DNA of 62,354 bases, counting the filler, from Deltaproteobacteria bacterium (GTDB taxonomy: Bacteria; JAEEML01), in the NCBI GenBank assembly GCA_016283195.1. It is 5 parts of 5 records of this genome, joined end to end, with 100 filler letters (N's around TTAATTAATTAA, not from the genome) between each part and the next. Parts side by side here need not be neighbours in the genome. Positions count along the whole stretch, not along the records: positions 41,467 to 54,671 come from JAEEML010000169.1; positions 54,772 to 62,354 come from JAEEML010000170.1; 3 more parts are not named here. One strand, given 5' to 3'. Positions 46,304-57,037 of this stretch are shown here, piece by piece. Each line of letters opens with the position of its first letter. Position 1 is the first letter of the stretch. Below the pieces are notes generated by a model. The model did no database searches. It was not told the origin of the DNA and worked only from the letters and a program-made list of their open reading frames with translations. The position numbers were made by a program, and so were the translations under genes.

Positions 46304-47854
46304 ATGGCGCAAAAATACCCTATCGGCATTCAAACATTTGAACGGATTCGTTTAGAAGGTTACGATTACGCCGACAAAACCGATCTTGTCTATAAGCTGG
46401 CTCATGGGGCTATTTTTAACTTTCTTTCTCGCCCGCGCCGCTTTGGCAAGAGCCTTTTGGTTTCCACTTTAGAGGCCTATTTTAAAGGGCAAAAAGAGCT
46501 TTTTAAAGGGCTTTTCATGGAAAAACTGGAAAAGGAGTGGCTTTCTTACCCGGTTTTGCACCTCGATCTTTCCGGCGCTGCCTATATTAGGCCGGAAGCG
46601 CTGGAAAATCTGCTCAATGAGAGCCTGGTACTTTGGGAAAGAGAGTATGGCCTTTCGGAAACAGGCAAAGATCTGGAAACGCGCTTTAAAGCCGTTATCA
46701 AGAGGGCAAACGAAAAGACCGGCCAAAAAGTGGTTATTTTAATTGATGAATATGAAAAGCCCATTTTGGATACCATTGGCAATGAGAGTTTACAAAATAT
46801 TTATCGCTCCATGCTGCACGGCTTTTACGGCTGTTTAAAATCCTCAGAAAGCCTCATTAAATTTGCTCTTTTAACCGGCGTTACCAAAATAGGAAAACTA
46901 AGTGTTTTTAGTGCCTTAAATAATCTTTTTGATATTACTTTCGATGCCCGTTACAGCACCATTTGCGGTATTTGCGAAGAAGAAATTCGCCCGCTTTTTG
47001 CCGAGGGACTAAAGGAGATGGCGGAAGCTAATAATACCACGGTGGATGATATTTGCGCTAAGCTAAAAGAGCGCTACGATGGTTACCATTTTAAAAAAAA
47101 TAGCCCCGATGTCTATAATCCCTTTAGCCTTCTAACTGCTCTATATAGAAAAGAAATTTCCGATTATTGGTTTGCTACCGGCACCCCAACATACCTGGTA
47201 GAACTCTTTAAAGCCAATCATTATCAAATAGGCAAAATAGATGCCAAGCTCTATAGCGAAGAGGAATTAAGCGAGATTAATTCTTTTGATAGTGATGTAA
47301 TTCCGCTGCTTTATCAGAGCGGATACCTCACTTTAAAGGAATATGATGCTGAATTTAAAAGCTATAAACTGGGCTTTCCCAATAAGGAAGTGGAAAAGGG
47401 CCTTTTAAACTTTTTTGTGCCCTTTTATTCGCGGGCCAGAGGGGCTTCAGAGTTTGATGTGCCTAATTTTATTGAAGATATTCGCAAGGGAGATGCCACA
47501 TCTTTTATGGAGCGCATAGCCGCGCTCATGGCCGATACGCCCTATGAAATAGAGAGCGACCTGGAAGTGCATGTGCAAAATTTTTGCTATCTCCTCTTTA
47601 AACTTTTGGGCTACTATGTGGAGGCCGAATATCGCACCAATATCGGGCGCATAGATTTGATATTTAAAACAAAGGGTTACATATATATCATGGAATTTAA
47701 AAACGGCCGCTCGGCTAAAGAAGCTTTAAAGCAGATAAAAGCCCGCGGCTACGATGCCCCCTTTAAGAGCGACCCGCGCAAAAAGTTTCTCATAGGCGCC
47801 AATTTCAGCCTAAAGGCGCGGGGCCTGGGCAAGTTTATTATTGAAGAAGGCTAA
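46304..47854 (+). CDS. AAA-ATPase-like protein with C-terminal PD-(D/E)XK nuclease (PDDEXK_9 type)
   Basis: YPIGIQTFE, SRPRRFGKS, LIDEYEKP, YWFATGTP, GRIDL...IMEFK. Confidence 0.93.
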   Translation: MAQKYPIGIQTFERIRLEGYDYADKTDLVYKLAHGAIFNFLSRPRRFGKSLLVSTLEAYFKGQKELFKGLFMEKLEKEWLSYPVLHLDLSGAAYIRPEALENLLNESLVLWEREYGLSETGKDLETRFKAVIKRANEKTGQKVVILIDEYEKPILDTIGNESLQNIYRSMLHGFYGCLKSSESLIKFALLTGVTKIGKLSVFSALNNLFDITFDARYSTICGICEEEIRPLFAEGLKEMAEANNTTVDDICAKLKERYDGYHFKKNSPDVYNPFSLLTALYRKEISDYWFATGTPTYLVELFKANHYQIGKIDAKLYSEEELSEINSFDSDVIPLLYQSGYLTLKEYDAEFKSYKLGFPNKEVEKGLLNFFVPFYSRARGASEFDVPNFIEDIRKGDATSFMERIAALMADTPYEIESDLEVHVQNFCYLLFKLLGYYVEAEYRTNIGRIDLIFKTKGYIYIMEFKNGRSAKEALKQIKARGYDAPFKSDPRKKFLIGANFSLKARGLGKFIIEEG

Positions 47855-47913
47855 ATTTAGGCATAATAAATAGTTATTGCCTTTTAAAACTTTAATATGA
47901 GGCTATAAACAGC

Positions 47914-48570
47914 GTGATTGATCTATTTCATGTCTCTTTTAAATATCCCGGCAGCCGTGAAGAGGCTTTAAGAGATCTCACTTTGCACCTGGAGAAGGGC
48001 GAGCTGGCCTTTTTAACCGGCCCTTCAGGAGCCGGTAAGTCCTCTCTTTTACGCCTTATTTTCGGTGCCGAAAAGCCGAGTAGAGGCCAGGTTGTTATTG
48101 CCGGCCACAATGTCTCGCGTTTAACCAATGAGAGCCTGCCTTATCTGCGGCGCAATATCGGCATGGTTTTTCAGGATTTTAAGCTCCTGCCGGGACGCAC
48201 CGTTTTTGACAATGTGGCCATAGTGCTGGAAGTTTTAGGTAAATCGCGCTCTTATATCCGCCCCAAAGTGCTGAATATGCTTAAAGAAGTTGGTCTCACC
48301 CATAAAGCCGAAAGCCTGCCGGAGACGCTTTCCGGCGGTGAGCAGCAACGGGTGGCTATGGCCAGGGCGCTGGTGGGCGATCCGCAAATTCTTCTCTGCG
48401 ATGAGCCAACCGGCAATTTGGATAAAAGGCAGGCCGGGGAAATAATGGCGCTCATTAAAAAGGCCAGTATTCGTGGCACTACCATACTCATAGCCACTCA
48501 TGACCCCACGCTGTTATCAGGTAATGAGCGCCTTTTTCGCTTGGAAGAGGGGCGGCTGGTGGCCGATTAG
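47914..48570 (+). CDS. ftsE: Cell division ATP-binding protein FtsE
   Basis: GPSGAGKS, LPYLRRNIGMVFQDFKLL, LSGGEQQRV, DEPTGNLD. Followed by ftsX. Confidence 0.93.
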   Translation: MIDLFHVSFKYPGSREEALRDLTLHLEKGELAFLTGPSGAGKSSLLRLIFGAEKPSRGQVVIAGHNVSRLTNESLPYLRRNIGMVFQDFKLLPGRTVFDNVAIVLEVLGKSRSYIRPKVLNMLKEVGLTHKAESLPETLSGGEQQRVAMARALVGDPQILLCDEPTGNLDKRQAGEIMALIKKASIRGTTILIATHDPTLLSGNERLFRLEEGRLVAD

Positions 48571-48576
48571 GAGAGC

Positions 48577-49449
48577 TTGATGCGTGCTTTAAAACGGGCG
48601 CTTTTAAATATAAGCTACAACAGACAGGTCTTTTTTTTAAACGGCCTGATTTTGGCGGCCGCCCTGATGTTGCTTGGTTTTGCCGCTTTGGCACTTTTTA
48701 ATGTTCATTTTCTCACTGCCTCCTGGGAAGAAGTTAATAATGTTGTTCTTTATTTAGATAACACTCTGGAAGAAGGTGAGCAGAAAAAACTAGCCGCTTT
48801 GTTAAAAAACTGGCCGGAAGTGGCGGAAGTGCGTCTGGTGAATCCGGAAACGGCTATTAAGGAATTTACTCAGCTTTCGGCTGAGGCCAAAGAACTGATG
48901 AGCGGCTTGCCGGCTACTATTTTCCCGCCGGCTTTGGATCTCACAATCCATAATATGGCCCAGGATGATTTTAAGAGCTTTATTTTAAAGCTTGGAAGCA
49001 CCCCCGGCCTTATTTATCTGGATTACGGCCAAAATATTTATGAGGAAGTGGGTAAAATTTCCGGCTTTTTACGCGTAGTTGCCCTGGTGGCGGCCCTTAT
49101 TATTATGCTGCTTATTATGGTTATAGCCGCTTTTACCATAAAAGTGGCGCTTTACCAGCGGCGCCGCGAAATAGAAGTGGAATGGTTAGTCGGCGCTACG
49201 CCAGCTTTTATAAAAATGCCTTTTTTGTGGGAAGGTGGCATCATGGGGCTTTTCTCCGGCTTGGTGGCGGCCGCTGTTTTTGCCGCTTTTAGCCTGGTTG
49301 CTCCCATCGGGGAAGAAATTTTAGCTACTTTTTTGCCGGCCATACCCATAAAACTTTTTGACGCGCGTCTCTGCCCGCTTTTGCTTTTAGCCGGTCCGTT
49401 TCTCGCTCTGCCGGGCACCTTTTGGGGGCTTAGGAGAGTTTTAAAATAA
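48577..49449 (+). CDS. ftsX: Cell division permease FtsX
   Basis: Four-TM topology, RRREIEVEWLVGATPAFIKMPFLWEG. Confidence 0.9.
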   Translation: MMRALKRALLNISYNRQVFFLNGLILAAALMLLGFAALALFNVHFLTASWEEVNNVVLYLDNTLEEGEQKKLAALLKNWPEVAEVRLVNPETAIKEFTQLSAEAKELMSGLPATIFPPALDLTIHNMAQDDFKSFILKLGSTPGLIYLDYGQNIYEEVGKISGFLRVVALVAALIIMLLIMVIAAFTIKVALYQRRREIEVEWLVGATPAFIKMPFLWEGGIMGLFSGLVAAAVFAAFSLVAPIGEEILATFLPAIPIKLFDARLCPLLLLAGPFLALPGTFWGLRRVLK

Positions 49450-50456
49450 TGATAAAAACTTTTTGCCTTCTCACTTCTTTACTGGCGTTAGCGCTGCCAA
49501 CGGCGGCCGAAAGTGCGCTTAATAGCGAGATAGCTCAGCTGGAGGAGGCAGTAGCTGAAACGGAAAAAAAGCGCCTGCTTTTGGCAACGCAGCTTAATAT
49601 TTTGGAAAATGAAGTCAATTTAAGCACTAACGAGCTAAAGATAAAAGAAAATGAGCAAAAGGAGAGCGAAAGCAGGCTGGGACAGCGCCTCTTAATCATT
49701 AGAGAATATATGCCGGTAATAAAAAGCCAGGTTTTTTTAAAATCGCAAAATATAAGCGGAATTTTAAGAAATAATGCTTTATTTAAGCAAATAGCCCGGT
49801 ATGAAAAAGAGAATTTTGAGCGCCTTTCGGCCGATAAGTTGCGTTTAACTTTGCGGCGCGACGAGCTCCTGAGAAAACGTGAGCAGCTGGCTGTGCTTAC
49901 GGCAGAGCTCGCCGAAAAAGAAGAAGAGCTGGCTGAAAAGCGCTTTGCTCTCATCAATAAAATAGCGCATAAAAAGCAGCTTTTAGGTAATATAAGCGGC
50001 CGTAATTTCAGCAATTTAAAGGGTAAATTGCCTTGGCCGCTCACCGGCGAGGTGCTCTCCACATTTGGCAAAGTCACCGAAGGCAAATATAAAAGCGCTT
50101 TAATGAATAACGGGCTGCTCATGGCTACCGGCGCCGGAGCCATGGTTAGCGCCGTAGCCGGCGGCACAGTTTTGCACAGCGCACCGCTGGAAGGCTATGG
50201 CACGGTAGTGATAATTGACCACGGTGAGGGCTTTTTGTCTATTTATGCTCATCTTTCGCGAGCTATGGTGAGTAGCGGTGATAAGGTGCTCATGCGCCAG
50301 AGTGTTGGCCTGGTGGCCCCGGCTGAGGATCCGGAAGCCGTAGCCGCTTTAGCAGCGGCGGCAGGGAAAGCGCCGGCCACTTTTTATTTTGAGCTCAGGC
50401 AACGCGGAGTGGCCATTGACCCCATGCCATGGCTGCAAAGTGGCGATTTATTGTGA
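49449..50456 (+). CDS. envC: EnvC-like coiled-coil plus degenerate M23 domain (murein hydrolase activator)
   Basis: Coiled coil, KGKLPWP, GYGTVVIIDHG, YFELR. Zn ligand motifs HxxxD and HxH are not intact. Follows ftsEX. Confidence 0.8.
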   Translation: MIKTFCLLTSLLALALPTAAESALNSEIAQLEEAVAETEKKRLLLATQLNILENEVNLSTNELKIKENEQKESESRLGQRLLIIREYMPVIKSQVFLKSQNISGILRNNALFKQIARYEKENFERLSADKLRLTLRRDELLRKREQLAVLTAELAEKEEELAEKRFALINKIAHKKQLLGNISGRNFSNLKGKLPWPLTGEVLSTFGKVTEGKYKSALMNNGLLMATGAGAMVSAVAGGTVLHSAPLEGYGTVVIIDHGEGFLSIYAHLSRAMVSSGDKVLMRQSVGLVAPAEDPEAVAALAAAAGKAPATFYFELRQRGVAIDPMPWLQSGDLL

Positions 50457-50484
50457 CTTTTTAAAAGCTTTATGGTAGGTGCGA

Positions 50485-52665
50485 TTAATTATCTTTTACG
50501 CAGCGTACTGAAAGCAGGGCACTTTGGGTAAAGTTATTGTTAAATGCTGTGGAGCCATCAAGCAACACACTATACGGATAGCTGATGTTTACGGTAGCTG
50601 TCCACAAAGTGCTATATTCGCTAGGTGAGCAGGTGATTTCTTGCTCGCTGGTTTGCAAACAGGTTCCCGGGCCGGCTGTTGCAAAGTCATATTCGCTATT
50701 TAAGGTACTGAAAACAACGTGGGCTAAAGTTTCCTCATTGGGATTAATGGCTGTGGTTAACTGCACCGCTACATAGTTAAACATAGTATTGAAGTCTGTT
50801 TTGGTAGGTAAATGCCAGCCGGCTGGACAGGCCTCTTTGGCGCTTTCCCAATTGTAGAGAAAATCTGACTGGCCATCATCAGCACCGGGAAGAGTATGAT
50901 AAGTTATTTGGTGGCCGCCAGAGCCGGCGTAGCGCAGGTTTTCGGCCATCCAGATTTGGTCGCCGATGCCCACTATATTGTATTTATTGCCGTCGCGCTT
51001 ATCCACCATAGTGCTCTTGTGGCATTTATCGCCGCTAAAGCCTTTGGCGCATTTATCGCAGTTTTCGCCGGTATAGCCTTTTTGACATACTTTACAGGTA
51101 GCTCCGGCCCAGCCCTTGGCACATTTACATTTAGTTTTGTCGGTTGTTAAATCCCCATGAGTGCCGCAGTATAAATCTTTTATACAGCGGGCCGAAAGAT
51201 GAGGGGAGGGGAAATTTGTCCACTTAAGAGATGTTTCGCCTTTAACTAATCTTAGAAAAGTATACGAACCTTTAGGCTCAGCGCACCAGAAATAAGCGGC
51301 CTCCCCAGTTTGGGAAACCAAAAAATTGCCTTGCGGGATAACGCCGTAGCCGCCGGCCCTTGCGGCAAAGCCCACAGCGTTTTCAGCTAAAGCGGCCCAA
51401 TCATCTGCCCAGCCGCCGGCCGCTTCTTTATCTATCAGGGCACCAAAGAGTTTAGTGGGACTTGCCGGAGCCGTGCTGCTGTCTTCCGCAAAAGCAAGAA
51501 GCTCTTCAAACTCTTCTTCATTTGGTAAATGCCAGCCGCTTGGACAGAGGTTTTTAACGTCGTTTTCTTTGTATAAACAGCCGTATTTATCAAGAAAATT
51601 TTCATCATTCGGATTGGTCTTGCAAGCTATATTAGTAGAGCTGTAAGCGGCATTTTCAGCCATCCAAATTTGGTTACCGATAGCAACTGTTTTATACATT
51701 TTCGAGTTACCTGGAAATTGCATTTTATCACATTCTGGGCCCATGAGCCCGGTGGCGCAGCTATTGCAATTCTCGCTTTCAAAACCAAGATCGCACAAGC
51801 AGGAAGAGAGGCCGTTTTCATCGGTGCAGGTCCCGTGTTTACAATCTAAATTGGCAGTTTCGCAATCCGGCAGGCAGGAACCGTCGCTATCGTTATCCTG
51901 ATAACCGGCGGTACATTTGGTGCATCCTTCATCGGCGCTCCAGTTTTCTTCACAGGAGCAGGAACCGTCGCCGCTGGCTCCGTCCAGGCAGTTGCCATGG
52001 CCGCCGCAAATACCGGCTTCAGTGCCAAGGCCGGGGCAGGCCGCGCAGGTAGAGCCGTAATAGCCGGCTTTGCAAGTGCAAACTGCTCGGCCCTTGCCAT
52101 CATCAGCGCAGGTAAAGCCCTCTTTTAGAGAGCAAGTGGAGCGCCCAATATTATTCTCCTGGCAAGTATAACCTGTACTTATCCGGCACTCATGGCAACC
52201 GTCGTTAGGATTGTCATTGCCATCGTCGCAATCTTCTACGGGCAGTTTAAGACCATCGCCGCATTTGGGAGTGCAAACGGATTTTTCACCTTCCTTGTTT
52301 ATACATTTATAGCCTTCTTCCAAAGCGCAAAGAGAAGAGCAGCCGTTGCCGCTTATCTCGTCGCCGTCATCACAGCCTTCGCTGTATTCCAGGCGGCCGT
52401 TGCCGCATTTGATGCTGCTGCCTTCGGTGCAGACATTATCCTGGCAATGCTGCAAGAGAGAACAATCGGCGTCATTTAAACACATTTTGCGGCAGGTGCC
52501 GCCCTTGCAAGTGAGGCCCGGGGCTCCCTGGCAGTTTTCCGCTTGAGTGCATAAATCCCCTTCGGTTAAATTAGTGACTTCTACTTTGCTACAGGCACTT
52601 AGTGCAAAAGTCAGAAATAGAGCCGATATTGCTTTTAAGCTTTTCAAATGTAGCGGCTTATTCAT
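50485..52665 (-). CDS. Cys-rich lipoprotein with Myxococcus-type CGNG/CGDG repeats, EGF-like modules and two FISUMP domains
   Basis: Lipobox LSAC, CGNG..EGCDDG, CGDG..EDCDDG, two IGxQIWMAEN...CPxGWHLP domains, ends SVRCVKDN. Confidence 0.88.
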   Translation of the reverse strand: MNKPLHLKSLKAISALFLTFALSACSKVEVTNLTEGDLCTQAENCQGAPGLTCKGGTCRKMCLNDADCSLLQHCQDNVCTEGSSIKCGNGRLEYSEGCDDGDEISGNGCSSLCALEEGYKCINKEGEKSVCTPKCGDGLKLPVEDCDDGNDNPNDGCHECRISTGYTCQENNIGRSTCSLKEGFTCADDGKGRAVCTCKAGYYGSTCAACPGLGTEAGICGGHGNCLDGASGDGSCSCEENWSADEGCTKCTAGYQDNDSDGSCLPDCETANLDCKHGTCTDENGLSSCLCDLGFESENCNSCATGLMGPECDKMQFPGNSKMYKTVAIGNQIWMAENAAYSSTNIACKTNPNDENFLDKYGCLYKENDVKNLCPSGWHLPNEEEFEELLAFAEDSSTAPASPTKLFGALIDKEAAGGWADDWAALAENAVGFAARAGGYGVIPQGNFLVSQTGEAAYFWCAEPKGSYTFLRLVKGETSLKWTNFPSPHLSARCIKDLYCGTHGDLTTDKTKCKCAKGWAGATCKVCQKGYTGENCDKCAKGFSGDKCHKSTMVDKRDGNKYNIVGIGDQIWMAENLRYAGSGGHQITYHTLPGADDGQSDFLYNWESAKEACPAGWHLPTKTDFNTMFNYVAVQLTTAINPNEETLAHVVFSTLNSEYDFATAGPGTCLQTSEQEITCSPSEYSTLWTATVNISYPYSVLLDGSTAFNNNFTQSALLSVRCVKDN

Positions 52666-52823
52666 AGCGCCTCCTTGCTTCTAAAGCCGGCTTATAGCCG
52701 GTAGTGTATTTATTACACTCTCGCAGCACATTATTCTATTGGTTATTTTGCGCTTTCGCAATAGCTATAAATTTATAGATAAGAAGTAAAAAGAGAGGCT
52801 TGGTAGCGGCTAGATGCTAAAAA

Positions 52824-54194
<1,371 letters not shown>

Positions 54195-54311
54195 TTAAGA
54201 AAACAAAGGAAAAGTTACTTTTTAAGAAGTAACCAAAGCTCATTGAAAAGTGTAGTATGTTGTGCTACTATGCCGGCCCGGCGGCCGGGCTCAATCGGCC
54301 ATGGGAATTTT

Positions 54312-54671
54312 ATGAGCGGTTTGGAAAATTTGCCCCAAGTGGGGGATATGCTTGGGCGTTTTAGGTTGGTGCGCCAACAGGGGCGCGGTGGAATGGGCGT
54401 GGTTTTTCTGGCCACCGATACCCAGCTCCATATTGATGTAGCCCTAAAAGTGCTCTCCCTGCCCGATGCCGATCAAACAGTTATTTCCCGTTTTAAACAT
54501 GAAGTTCTTTTGGCTCGCCGCGTTTCTCACCCGGGAATTTGCCGTATTTTTGATTTACATCACGAAAACGGCCTTTTCTTTATCACCATGGAATTTTGCA
54601 ACGGGATGCTTTTGGAGAGCTTATTACAAAAAGTAGGAGTTTTATCTCCCTGGCACACGGGGCAGATTATC
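54312..54671 (+). CDS. Hanks-type Ser/Thr protein kinase (3' truncated)
   Basis: GRGGMGVVF, VALKVL, RFKHEV, HPGICRIFD, ITMEF. Confidence 0.9.
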
Positions 54672-54771
54672 NNNNNNNNNNNNNNNNNNNNNNNNNNNNN
54701 NNNNNNNNNNNNNNNTTAATTAATTAANNNNNNNNNNNNNNNNNNNNNNNNNNNNNNNNNNNNNNNNNNNN
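54672..54771. other. Artificial contig spacer
   Basis: N-run, TTAATTAATTAA, N-run. Confidence 0.99.
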
Positions 54772-56772
54772 CCAGATGGGGCTTCCGATTGCTCCTGTGA
54801 TCTCGATGTGGAAAAAGCCGATTGTAACTCTGCCGGCTTCACCGCCGATAAAGATGAAGGCGATAAATGTTATGACAAATTTGGGGAATATTATGTAGTA
54901 TTTGAGCGCCAGGCTATTTTAGCCGCCCAAGATGCCGCCGCTTTTGATGGTGGTAAATTGGGCCTGGGCACCACTAGCCCGGCCGCTCCACTGGATATTC
55001 TTTCCAGTGGCGGTGAAAATAATTACGAAGCCGTTATTGCTGACACCGCCCCGGAAATTCTCTTTAAAGATCTGGATGACAGTAATTACGTGGTAAAAGT
55101 AAATGATGGCGATATGTCTATTGTGCCAGTGGATGAAAATGGCACTTTGGGTGCTCCCATCATCACCATCGGCAGCACCGGTATTGTTATCAATGGCACC
55201 ATCGGCGCCACCGATGGCTTTGCCAGCGATTTGCAAATTAGTAGCAACGATATTAGCTTTAACTATGCTGCTTCTAACAGCAAAGGCGGCCCGGCTAGTT
55301 CTATTGATGATAATATTGTAACGAGCGCTAAAATTGCCGATGGCACCATAGTAGCTGCTGACATAAACGCGACTGCTGGCATCGCCAAAACACAACTTGA
55401 TAACTCAGTGCAAACTTCTCTCGATAAGGCCGATAACGCCCTGCCAAACACTACAAAATATGCCGCTTCCAGTGAAGTTGCCGGCGCAGCCAACTATGCT
55501 GCAGCCATTGGTACAGCCAGCAGTCATCCGGCTATTGGTAGTGCAATTCAGCCTGTTTATGTTGATAGCAATGGTAAAATTCAAAAAGCTACTGCCTATA
55601 GCGATGCCAATGTGAAACACGCTGACAGTGCCGATTCAGCCACCAAAGCCACTCAAGATGCCAATGGCAATGTTATTACTTCAACCTATGCTACAGCAGT
55701 AGCGGTAAATGCCATTAAATATGCCGCTTCCAGTGAAGTTGGCGGCGCAGCCAACTATGCTGTAGCTATTGGTACAGCCAGCAGTCACCCACAGATTGGT
55801 AGTGCAACTCAGCCTGTTTATGTTGATAGCAATGGTAAAATTCAAAAAGCTACTGCCTATAGCGATGCCAATGTAAAACACGCTGATAGTGCCGATACTG
55901 CTACCAACGCCACCAATGCGACGAATGCCACCAATGCCACCAACGCCACTAACGCGACGAATGCCACCAATGCCAATCTAAGTATTACCAATAACACCAC
56001 TAGTGGCGACACCATTAAGATAGGTAATGGTACACCAGTGACAATCACCAACGCTAAATATGCGGCTAGTGCTGGGGTGGCTAATTCAATAGCCAACAAT
56101 ACAGTCAACTCAGACAAGATAGTAGATGGTTCCATTACCGCAGCTGATTTGAATTTAGTTTCAGTTATGCAAAAGATTTATCCTGTGGGCTCCATTTATA
56201 TTTCAACGGAATTGTCATCTCCAGCTCAAGTTAAAGCGGCTTTAGGTGGAACGTGGGTGGCGTTTGGGCAAGGTCGGGTGCTGGTAGGTCAGAATACTAG
56301 CGGAACTTTTAATGTTACACCTGGTACTACCGGTGGTTCTGAGACCAAGACTTATACCCCGGCTGGCACAGTTGGCTCTCATACTTTGACTGAGGCTGAA
56401 ATCCCCAAGCATACTCATACATTTACCGGTTCTAGCGTTACCACTGGCAGCAGTGGTTCTCATTATCATGAATATTATGATCGTTATTATATAGAAAACG
56501 ACAGCAGCATGACTGGAAAAACTGGTATTACTTATATGGGTTCCAATCTTTCCGGTAGTAGCGCTACAGATAAAGATAATACCTATTCACCATATTACAA
56601 GGATACTACCTATTCTGCCGGCTCACATACCCATTCTGTTACTGCTGCTGGTACCAACTCTTACTATGGTGGTGGAGGGGGCCACAATCACACATTTGCT
56701 GGTACTAGTGCCAGCATAAATGTTCTTCAGCCCTATGTTGTTGTCTATATGTATAAACGTACTGCCTTGTAA
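54772..56772 (+). CDS. Phage tail-fibre-like trimeric adhesin (5' truncated) with collar/baseplate-type C-terminus and HxH motifs
   Basis: GKLGLGTTSPAAPLDI, VTSAKIADGTI-type repeats, IYPVGSIYIS...GTWVAFGQGRVLVG, HTH/HYH/HTH/HNH, LQPYVVVYMYKRTA. Confidence 0.85.
   Translation, partial: PDGASDCSCDLDVEKADCNSAGFTADKDEGDKCYDKFGEYYVVFERQAILAAQDAAAFDGGKLGLGTTSPAAPLDILSSGGENNYEAVIADTAPEILFKDLDDSNYVVKVNDGDMSIVPVDENGTLGAPIITIGSTGIVINGTIGATDGFASDLQISSNDISFNYAASNSKGGPASSIDDNIVTSAKIADGTIVAADINATAGIAKTQLDNSVQTSLDKADNALPNTTKYAASSEVAGAANYAAAIGTASSHPAIGSAIQPVYVDSNGKIQKATAYSDANVKHADSADSATKATQDANGNVITSTYATAVAVNAIKYAASSEVGGAANYAVAIGTASSHPQIGSATQPVYVDSNGKIQKATAYSDANVKHADSADTATNATNATNATNATNATNATNATNANLSITNNTTSGDTIKIGNGTPVTITNAKYAASAGVANSIANNTVNSDKIVDGSITAADLNLVSVMQKIYPVGSIYISTELSSPAQVKAALGGTWVAFGQGRVLVGQNTSGTFNVTPGTTGGSETKTYTPAGTVGSHTLTEAEIPKHTHTFTGSSVTTGSSGSHYHEYYDRYYIENDSSMTGKTGITYMGSNLSGSSATDKDNTYSPYYKDTTYSAGSHTHSVTAAGTNSYYGGGGGHNHTFAGTSASINVLQPYVVVYMYKRTAL
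55456..55896 (+). repeat. Two 180-bp coding repeats (55456-55635 and 55717-55896)
   Basis: KYAASSEV...HADSAD duplicated at a 261-bp offset. Confidence 0.92.
55900..55971 (+). repeat. (Ala-Thr-Asn)x8 coding repeat
   Basis: gcN acN aaY repeated eight times. Confidence 0.92.
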
Positions 56773-57037
56773 ACTGCCGTTGCTGTTAAAACCCATTTAA
56801 TTTTGGACAGTCCAAAGAGCCGTTAATTTGTAATAAATCACCAAAATTAGGTGAACATTTCAGGCGCTACATAGGTAGCAAAAAACAAATTGGTGGGACG
56901 TGCCCAAAAATTAATGGGGCAAATGTGCACGAAAATTATTGGGCCCTCACAATCAACTATTGTCTCTTGCCATATAGCAAAAATTGTTATAAGCTCCCCG
57001 CCGGTTGCCAATGATAAGCGGCACTAAGGAGGAATCA

